A stretch of 64,000 nucleotides of DNA from Fibrobacteria bacterium (GTDB lineage: Bacteria; Fibrobacterota; Chitinivibrionia; Chitinivibrionales; FEN-1185): NCBI GenBank assembly GCA_037447435.1, contig JBBIGR010000004.1:64001-128000 (forward strand), written 5' to 3'. This document shows positions 57,140 through 64,000 of this stretch, piece by piece; position 1 is the stretch's first letter; each line of letters opens with the position of its first letter. The notes under the pieces are model-generated. The model was not told the origin of the DNA. It searched no databases and was given only the letters and a program-made list of their open reading frames with translations. Both the position numbers and the translations under genes were made by a program.

Positions 57140-60100
57140 TTACTGAAGAATACGCATCATTTTCCGAATGCTCCCGCTTTGCGTTTTAAGAGTAAGCAAA
57201 TACATTCCGGAAGGAAGGTTCGCTGCAAGTGCATTTGGTCCCATGGCACCGAAAGAAACGACGTACTTTACCATGACTCCGGCCGGGGAATACAGGGAAA
57301 GTTCATACGATCCCTGGGCCGGAAGCGTAAACCCGATCTCATGCGCATGAACGGATGTAATATCGAGTTTGTATTCCGCAACCCCTCGTTTTTGCGTAAG
57401 CACGTCCGTGGTCATCGGTGCGGCGCTGCCGACGACGGCAGGGGTTCCGTACACTTTGAACTCAAACAAAGAATATCCATAGGTCGTGTTGCGGGCAGTG
57501 CCGTTCATTCGGATATACCGTCCCGAACCGCTCAGCCCCGTAATGTCGTCGGTGCGCGCACCGGTCGCCATATTCGTTTTTGTTGAAATTGTCGACCATG
57601 TCGACCCGTCCGACGATACGTCGATGGTATAGTTTTTGGCAGATGCCGCTTCCCACGTAAGGGTCACTTGCGAAATCAGATACGTTGCGCCGAGGTCGAT
57701 GCGTATCCATTGCGGATCGGCAAACAGGCTCGACCAACGGGTGGCCGTATTGCCGTCATTTGCGTTGGTCGCTTTCAAAAGCGTTCCGTTATTGGTTTCT
57801 TCGCTCGAAGCAACAATGGTTTTGCCTTTGCCGATTTCAACCGGCGTGACAGTGCCGACCGTAACGTTCACGAGTGCATCGCTTGTCGCGCCTTTGTCGT
57901 CGTATGCCCTGGCCTTGAGCGTATAGCTGCCCTGGGCAAGAGATGCAAATGTCCAGGAATACGGCGCGGCATTCACCGTACCGGCAAGCGTTGTTCCGTT
58001 ATAAAACTCTACTTTCGCAATACTGCCGTCCGCATCCGAAGCAACTGCCGTGACATTGACATCCGAGGGTATTGCGCTGAAATTCGCCTGGTTTGCAGGG
58101 CTTGTGATGGCTACCGTTGGCGCGGCGTTGGCCGGCGTGCCGTATACCTTTATTTCATACAGCGAATAGCCGTAAGCCGTGTTCCGTGCGGTGCCGTAAA
58201 TTCGCACGTAACGCGCATTGCCCGTTATGGCGGTTATGTCGTCGGTCCGGGCACCGGTTGCCATGCCTGTTTTGGTTATGGCGGTTGTCCAGGTCGAATT
58301 ATTAGTCGACAACTGAATCTGATAATCCTTCGCGCTCGCCGCTTCCCATGAAAGCGTGACCCTGCTTACGGCATAGAGCGCACCCAAATCGACCATTATC
58401 CATTGCGGATCGCTGAATGCCGACGACCAGCGCGTCGTACTCACTCCGTCAACTGCAAGGCCGGGTTCCGTTCCCGCTTTTTCGGTCGACGATGCCGTGA
58501 CAACCTTGCCTTGCGCCAATTCCAACGGTCCTGCCGGATTGACCGTTACAGCGATAGACGCGTTTGCCGTTGCTCCTTTATCGTCGGTTGCGATTGCTTT
58601 GAGAGTATACGCCCCCACGGCAAGGCCAGAAAGAGTCCAGGAAAACGGAGCTGCGGTTACGACACCCAGCGACGTCGTACCGTTGAACAATTCAACTTGA
58701 GCGATACTGCCGTCGGCATCCTGTGCAGAGGCGTTGACAATCACGGTTGCGGGAGCGGTGAACGAGGCATTGTTCGCCGGACTTGTTATCGAAACCGTGG
58801 GCGGATAATTGCCTACCGAGGTCGTTATCGAAGCGGTCGTGCTCGCCCCCTTGTCGTCGGTGGCAATTGCCTTTAGCGTATAGGCGCCGTTTGGAATTGC
58901 CGCAAATGTAAACTGATACGGCGCCGAAGTCACTGTGCCGGCCAGGGTCGTACCGTTATAGAAATCGACCCGCGACACCGATCCGTCTGAATCGGTCGCA
59001 TTTGCCAGCATGGTAATATCGACCGGCGACGTTGAGAAATGCGCATTATTCGCCGGGCTTGTAATTGAAACCGTTGGAGGAGCATTGGGAGGAACCATGC
59101 TTGTAAAGGTGATATAATTGAAGTTGAAATTTCCCGTAACCATATACACGCGCAATTCATGATCGCCGGCAGGGAGTGTGAATGTTCCCGAAACAGCGTC
59201 GGCCCACGATTGCCATCCGTTTGCGGTGGTAAAGTTTACCGATCCGTTTGCGACATCGGCTCCGTCGATTTGGATTTTGAGCGTTTTCGTTCCTGCCGTG
59301 GCCGACGCAACACGGGCGGTAAACGAATAGCTTCCCGCCGCAGGGACTTTAATATTGTATGCCAACCATTCTCCTGCGTTAATCCATCCGACATTATAAC
59401 CGGCCCCCGCATCGGTACAGGCCTGAATGTCGACACCGTCGGTTCGGTATACGCCGCCGGTATTTGCGGCATCGGCATCATGATAAGCAACTCCTTCGAT
59501 TCCCACATTATAATCTTCGGCCTGAATTGTAGCCGGAAGCGTTGTCCGGGTTATGTTGATTGTCGGATTTACGGAAACAAGTTCGATGCCGTTTGCCGTG
59601 GGATTCAAATTTCTGGTATATTGCCGGGCAGTTGCATTGTTCCAATGTTCATACACGCCGACGCCCGCATTTGCGGCATTGACCATATAATTGGTACCGC
59701 CGGTTTGATTGTAAATGCTTGACCAGAAATCGTATGAAACGCATTCTTCGGCAACGCCGTCGAGCGACATGATGAAACTCGACATTTGCTTACCGCTAAA
59801 CGGGGCGATTGCGGTTCCGTTCGACGGCGTGCCGTCGAGATTGGGATTCGGATACATTGCATCCATGCACCACAGCACGACCTTGCCGCCGAAATTGGCA
59901 TTTGTCATAAACGCGGTCAAGGCGTTGTCGCCCGGGTGCCTGTTATTGTCCTGCCACAAATTCGAAATACCGGTTATGCCGTAAAAGTTTTTTGCGCCAA
60001 AGGTAATGACCTGGCCCGAATGTCCTTTTAAGAGCGGTTGACATATAATATAGCGGGCGTTATAGAAACAGGAAATTTCACCGGTGGCCACATCGGTGTT

Positions 60101-60994
60101 GGGAAACGCATTGGCTACCGTGGACGACGTCACCCGGTTGGTGCCGCCGAAATGGTCGACGACATTGACATTAGGGCATGCGGCTTTAATGGCATTTACG
60201 ATATTGTCGGTAACGACGCGACTGGGATCCCCAATCCAAATGTCCGCCTGAGGCACGCCTGCGGCAACGAGACTTTTTAGTATCGCGACGCAGGTCTGCG
60301 GATTGGCATTGCTTTGATTGTCGGCAGTGCTGCCCTGATTTATGGCATTGTTCTGATTGATCTTTATCGCGATTTTATCGCCGCTTTGATATCCGGTTCC
60401 GGTACGACCGTGAGAATTATTGAACCATTTGAAAATTTTGTCCCACGAATCGGCGTCGGTTGTTCCGCCCGACAAGTTGACAATGCCGGCGGTAAAGGCC
60501 TTGTCGTATTCGGCCTGCGGATTGACCGCTGCATCCCAGTAATTACCCGTACCGGTCCATTTTGCGGCATTAGGATTGTATACCCAGGTGACGCGACCGG
60601 GATAAATTCCCTTGCCCGTGCCGGTAGGCGCGGCAGAAGCGGGTTTTGCATCGCCGGCAATAAAAGCCATGAGGAAAACGCCGCTTAAAATTAGAAAAAG
60701 GGTTGCAAAAAAATACTTCGAATTCCGAAAAAATGCCGATGCTTTGCGGAACGACAATACGGAACCCGCAAGCGCCACGATATAAGCTAAAAACCCGAGC
60801 CGAATCGGCGATGTCGCTTGTAAACAGGGATAGTTTGCACGCGAAGGCTTTGGAATTACCCGAACCAGATACCAAATAGTCGCCGCTATGCCGGAAAAAA
60901 GCAATGTCCATGCGGGCCATGCTTGCTTGTTAATTCCGCGAATACGACCGGTTTTAGGACATCTTTTGAAAAGTTGGGGAAAAAACATTGGCAC
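57140..60994 (-). CDS. DUF362-domain protein fused to CBM6, three Ig-like repeats, two CBM32/F5-8 domains and a sorting tail
   Basis: WYLVRVIPKPSRANYPC, GIYPGRVTW, IAIKIN, LKGH...AKN, EHWNN; CBM6 IQAEDY...GWINAGEWLAY...GWQSW; RWSS.F.DPQWI..DLG twice; GTG start with AAGGAG. Confidence 0.85.
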   Translation of the reverse strand: MPMFFPQLFKRCPKTGRIRGINKQAWPAWTLLFSGIAATIWYLVRVIPKPSRANYPCLQATSPIRLGFLAYIVALAGSVLSFRKASAFFRNSKYFFATLFLILSGVFLMAFIAGDAKPASAAPTGTGKGIYPGRVTWVYNPNAAKWTGTGNYWDAAVNPQAEYDKAFTAGIVNLSGGTTDADSWDKIFKWFNNSHGRTGTGYQSGDKIAIKINQNNAINQGSTADNQSNANPQTCVAILKSLVAAGVPQADIWIGDPSRVVTDNIVNAIKAACPNVNVVDHFGGTNRVTSSTVANAFPNTDVATGEISCFYNARYIICQPLLKGHSGQVITFGAKNFYGITGISNLWQDNNRHPGDNALTAFMTNANFGGKVVLWCMDAMYPNPNLDGTPSNGTAIAPFSGKQMSSFIMSLDGVAEECVSYDFWSSIYNQTGGTNYMVNAANAGVGVYEHWNNATARQYTRNLNPTANGIELVSVNPTINITRTTLPATIQAEDYNVGIEGVAYHDADAANTGGVYRTDGVDIQACTDAGAGYNVGWINAGEWLAYNIKVPAAGSYSFTARVASATAGTKTLKIQIDGADVANGSVNFTTANGWQSWADAVSGTFTLPAGDHELRVYMVTGNFNFNYITFTSMVPPNAPPTVSITSPANNAHFSTSPVDITMLANATDSDGSVSRVDFYNGTTLAGTVTSAPYQFTFAAIPNGAYTLKAIATDDKGASTTASITTSVGNYPPTVSITSPANNASFTAPATVIVNASAQDADGSIAQVELFNGTTSLGVVTAAPFSWTLSGLAVGAYTLKAIATDDKGATANASIAVTVNPAGPLELAQGKVVTASSTEKAGTEPGLAVDGVSTTRWSSAFSDPQWIMVDLGALYAVSRVTLSWEAASAKDYQIQLSTNNSTWTTAITKTGMATGARTDDITAITGNARYVRIYGTARNTAYGYSLYEIKVYGTPANAAPTVAITSPANQANFSAIPSDVNVTAVASDADGSIAKVEFYNGTTLAGTVNAAPYSWTFASLAQGSYTLKARAYDDKGATSDALVNVTVGTVTPVEIGKGKTIVASSEETNNGTLLKATNANDGNTATRWSSLFADPQWIRIDLGATYLISQVTLTWEAASAKNYTIDVSSDGSTWSTISTKTNMATGARTDDITGLSGSGRYIRMNGTARNTTYGYSLFEFKVYGTPAVVGSAAPMTTDVLTQKRGVAEYKLDITSVHAHEIGFTLPAQGSYELSLYSPAGVMVKYVVSFGAMGPNALAANLPSGMYLLTLKTQSGSIRKMMRILQ

Positions 60995-61290
60995 TCCTTT
61001 GGTTGAGCGATTACTCTGCCCTTACGCATTGTCAACATCACGTTTATCATAAATCAAATTCAATTACGACTATTTTCAATAAACCGGTAAACAATATTTT
61101 TACCGTATAAAATTATTTCATTCTCAAATTATTTGATTTTCACTAAAAACGGAAAGGGCTATACGATAAAATACTTATAGGAACGGTAAACAAGATACCA
61201 TTAAGAATTTATCATACTATTGTGTAAAAATCCGAAAATTCGTCTTGTTTTTCGCTTTTTCGTATCCTTTTTGTATACGGTGGGTATAAT

Positions 61291-61326
61291 AAAAAAAAGC
61301 CCGGTTTATCGAAACCGGTCCTTTTT
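61291..61326 (-). terminator. Probable intrinsic terminator
   Basis: CCGGTTT-4 nt-AAACCGG followed on the minus strand by GC and 8 T. Confidence 0.65.
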
Positions 61327-61348
61327 AATGAGGGCTATTTAAGTTACA

Positions 61349-62914
61349 TTATCGGGATAGAAGTATCGGTTTACAGAAAATCGATTGATTTGAGGATTGT
61401 ATCCGTAAAAGATACGCTCCGTTTGCAAAGTTTCGCAGGGTGAAAAGCGGAATCTCAATTTCATTGTCACGAGCGGCAAATTCGCCTTTAAATACTTTTT
61501 CACCGTTTAAACGCGATATGGCAACCGTTGTTTTTGCTTTTCCGACATTCGTTATGGTAAGAAGCCCGTTTTTGATTTTAATGAATTGAGGGGAATTTTC
61601 CGCTTTATTTGATTTTTGGACCGAAACTTTTCCCGAATCAGGATTAAGCGGATTGATCGGCATGCTTTTCGACAACGACCTTTGGTTTTTAAGCAAACGA
61701 CCGGCTTCTCCGGCAAGCCGCAAATACCAATCGCTCGGCAAATTGTAGCCGTCGGCATCCAGCGTCAGCCACCAATCCGCAGGTGCAAGAGACTTTTTAG
61801 GACATGCTTTCAAAATTGCAGTTCCTTCATCGACTTCGTCGAACATTGCTCCGTAAAGCATCGTGGCGCCCGCGCTTACTGCATTGTAAATTTGCTCCCA
61901 ATAAAACGTACCGCCTTTGCGGGGTATCTGGTTTTGAGGACCCGGTGTCGCACTCCCGCGAGTCATATTCGCCCAGGAAAACCCGGGAAACACCACAGGT
62001 AAATAATCGATGCCGAGCTTTTTGCATTCTGCAATGTCGGGTACGATTCGGTTCGTTTTGAAATTATCGGCTCCCGAGGCATCGCCGAAGCTTCCGACAA
62101 ACCACGGGCTGATGACGTCGGCGCTTCGAATCGTGGAAGCCCACGGTTCACCAAGCGTGCGCCAATGTGTGGCACCGTTGCTCACCACGCCGACCATTAC
62201 CGTTGCTTGGTATTTCGCATCTGCATCGGTATGAAACCAGTTCAGAATTTTTAACGCCACATCCGGAGTAATCGAACGGTCGTCAAAACCGTACCCCCAC
62301 ACCGACACAAGCGGCTTACCTTTATGTTTCAAATAGCGCGAGCTTGCAGTCACTTTAAACGTATCGACGAGATATTTCCAGTCGCTGGTAAGATCGTTGA
62401 AAAGAGTGCCGTTATTGGCACCGGTTATATCGTACATAACCGTGAAAACCCTGCCGTTGGCCTCTGCAGCCTGTTTGCAATTAAGAAGCACCTTGTTTGT
62501 AAAGTCGTTCCAGCCGACGTGCTTTGGCCCAAACCGCTGAATCCAGACGCCGTCGATGTTGTTTTCCTTCATCCACCTGAAATGCATGAGCTCGGTATTT
62601 ACCTTGTAGGAAGAAAACAACTTCACCGGCGAACCGTCCGGATATTTCATGTTCGTCGCATACAGCTCGCTCGGTAAAAATTCGGTAAGGTCGGGAAACA
62701 CGTCGCATTTCAATTGGGAATAGCTGGGGTCTTGGTTGTGAAACCAATGAAACCATCCCCCGCCCGAGCCGTCGCCCGGACATTGAAACCACCCTTGATA
62801 TCCGCACATGAATTTACCGGTCAATGTCGTTGCATCAACGGTGTCCTGGGCCCAAACAGGCATTATTCCGAAGCAAAAAAGAATACATACTATTAAAATT
62901 CCGCAACGTGACAT
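61349..62914 (-). CDS. Secreted GH71/GH99-like glycoside hydrolase with sorting tail
   Basis: ATG 62914; MCGYQGWF, HFRWM...IDG, MYDITG, PGFSW.N, YGAMFDEVDEGTAI, DWYLRLAG. Confidence 0.82.
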   Translation of the reverse strand: MSRCGILIVCILFCFGIMPVWAQDTVDATTLTGKFMCGYQGWFQCPGDGSGGGWFHWFHNQDPSYSQLKCDVFPDLTEFLPSELYATNMKYPDGSPVKLFSSYKVNTELMHFRWMKENNIDGVWIQRFGPKHVGWNDFTNKVLLNCKQAAEANGRVFTVMYDITGANNGTLFNDLTSDWKYLVDTFKVTASSRYLKHKGKPLVSVWGYGFDDRSITPDVALKILNWFHTDADAKYQATVMVGVVSNGATHWRTLGEPWASTIRSADVISPWFVGSFGDASGADNFKTNRIVPDIAECKKLGIDYLPVVFPGFSWANMTRGSATPGPQNQIPRKGGTFYWEQIYNAVSAGATMLYGAMFDEVDEGTAILKACPKKSLAPADWWLTLDADGYNLPSDWYLRLAGEAGRLLKNQRSLSKSMPINPLNPDSGKVSVQKSNKAENSPQFIKIKNGLLTITNVGKAKTTVAISRLNGEKVFKGEFAARDNEIEIPLFTLRNFANGAYLLRIQSSNQSIFCKPILLSR

Positions 62915-62943
62915 AGAACCTCTCAGGTTATTTTTTAAATGGC

Positions 62944-63999
62944 TTATTTCGCCAATACGAGTTTTCCGGTAACGACACCCTGCTTCATTTTCGCTTTTAC
63001 CAAATAGCAACCGCTGCGGACGCCCGCCTTATTCCAAACAAGATTGGAACCGGTGCAGTTGACAATTTGCTTAACGAGTTTTCCGGATGCATCCGTGATT
63101 TCCAAAGACGCGGGTATGCCCGGCAAAGAGAATTGGACAAATTTCCCCATAGCGGTGATGGTCATTTTCTGCTGTTTGGGAACCGACCGGGTTTCAATCA
63201 GAGCCGTGGATGCGGAATCGAGCGCGACAACCTTGCTCATATCAAAGGTGATTCCGTTCAATAATTTGATGTTGTTTTTCTTGGATACGGGACCAACGGC
63301 GAGCCTGGTCAATGTTCCCTGGTTCAAAGTTCCTTCGACAACGGTATTATCGGGCCCATGCAACCGGAAATCAACATTCCACGTTTTGTTCCATGCGGGA
63401 AATAATTGGATTGTGTCGTTGTCCGCCTGCAAAAGCATGCACTGAAGAGCCAATGAAGAAACATTGCCGCTGTTCATTTCAGGCAAACCGTCGACACCGC
63501 TAAAAAACGCCGGGAATCGCACAGTACCGCTTTTTAAATAATTGGTGACAAATTGCATGGCAATATCCGATTGACCAAGATAGGCTGCCTGCACCGCATC
63601 CTGCGACCAGTCATGGGTCTGGCTGAATTTCCTTTTGTTAAACGAATTGAGTGCAAGCGCCATATTTGGTTTGGAAACACCGAAAATCCTATACGGAAAA
63701 ATTGCGTAGAGCTCCGGATTTTCCGAATTGGCAGTTACGGCAGATGGTGTTGCCCCCTCGTAGTACATGAGTCTCATGGTACCGTTATCGTTGTAAGTTG
63801 GAAGATCAGCCACCTCACCCCGCAACCTGGTCCAGGTTGTTTTCAGGGAATCGGGCACAATCGACGAAGGGTATTTGACTAATTTATCAAGGTCCCATTG
63901 CAATCCCGCTAAATCGCAGCTCGGATTGGTGACTTTCCGGTAGGTTTCCAGCGCATTTGCAATAATGTTCAATTTCCCATTTGCACGCTGCCAATGCAC
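62944..63999 (-). CDS. C-terminal part of a secreted (alpha/alpha)6 glycoside hydrolase (DUF5703/GH95-like); partial, runs off the window end
   Basis: ENPELYAIFPYR, WSQD...AAYLG, RFPAFF, LQCMLLQ...LFPAW...WNVDFRLH; tail ITDASGKLV...GCYLV. Confidence 0.75.
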   Translation of the reverse strand: MHWQRANGKLNIIANALETYRKVTNPSCDLAGLQWDLDKLVKYPSSIVPDSLKTTWTRLRGEVADLPTYNDNGTMRLMYYEGATPSAVTANSENPELYAIFPYRIFGVSKPNMALALNSFNKRKFSQTHDWSQDAVQAAYLGQSDIAMQFVTNYLKSGTVRFPAFFSGVDGLPEMNSGNVSSLALQCMLLQADNDTIQLFPAWNKTWNVDFRLHGPDNTVVEGTLNQGTLTRLAVGPVSKKNNIKLLNGITFDMSKVVALDSASTALIETRSVPKQQKMTITAMGKFVQFSLPGIPASLEITDASGKLVKQIVNCTGSNLVWNKAGVRSGCYLVKAKMKQGVVTGKLVLAK

Positions 64000-64000
64000 G

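Overview
A gene-dense 64 kb bacterial chromosomal window using the standard genetic code. Many secreted glycan-active proteins with C-terminal sorting-type tails, plus a PorV/PorQ-like gene, suggest an anaerobic polysaccharide degrader such as Fibrobacterota/Chitinivibrionia; this is inference, not a search result. The left half (1-41 kb) is mostly housekeeping-like: tRNA-Val(CAC), a membrane-anchored AraC regulator, a hybrid kinase, a radical SAM protein, AlkD, a deacetylase, an rnfCD(G)EAB operon, a TPR-mltG-thioredoxin-U32 operon, a divergent Opp/Dpp-like ABC operon, a CDF exporter and rex with a two-component pair. The right half (41-64 kb) is accessory: secreted CAZyme-like genes interrupted by a REP/RAYT repeat cluster and a mosaic of gene fragments. 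The best candidate for an undescribed system is the Rnf operon. RnfG is reduced to a 63-aa membrane peptide with no flavinylation domain, yet overlaps both neighbours. RnfC has lost its glycine-rich FMN/NAD motifs, while the RnfA/E cysteines, the RnfD FMN-Thr and the RnfC Fe-S motifs are kept. Other highlights: a ~1900-aa exported TPR protein built from 8-TPR (272 aa) super-repeats, two secreted-protein genes each broken by one in-frame stop that removes only a targeting signal, a GH26 with a Glu-to-Gln nucleophile, and a DUF362-CBM fusion. All family calls come from motif recognition by eye; no database was searched.
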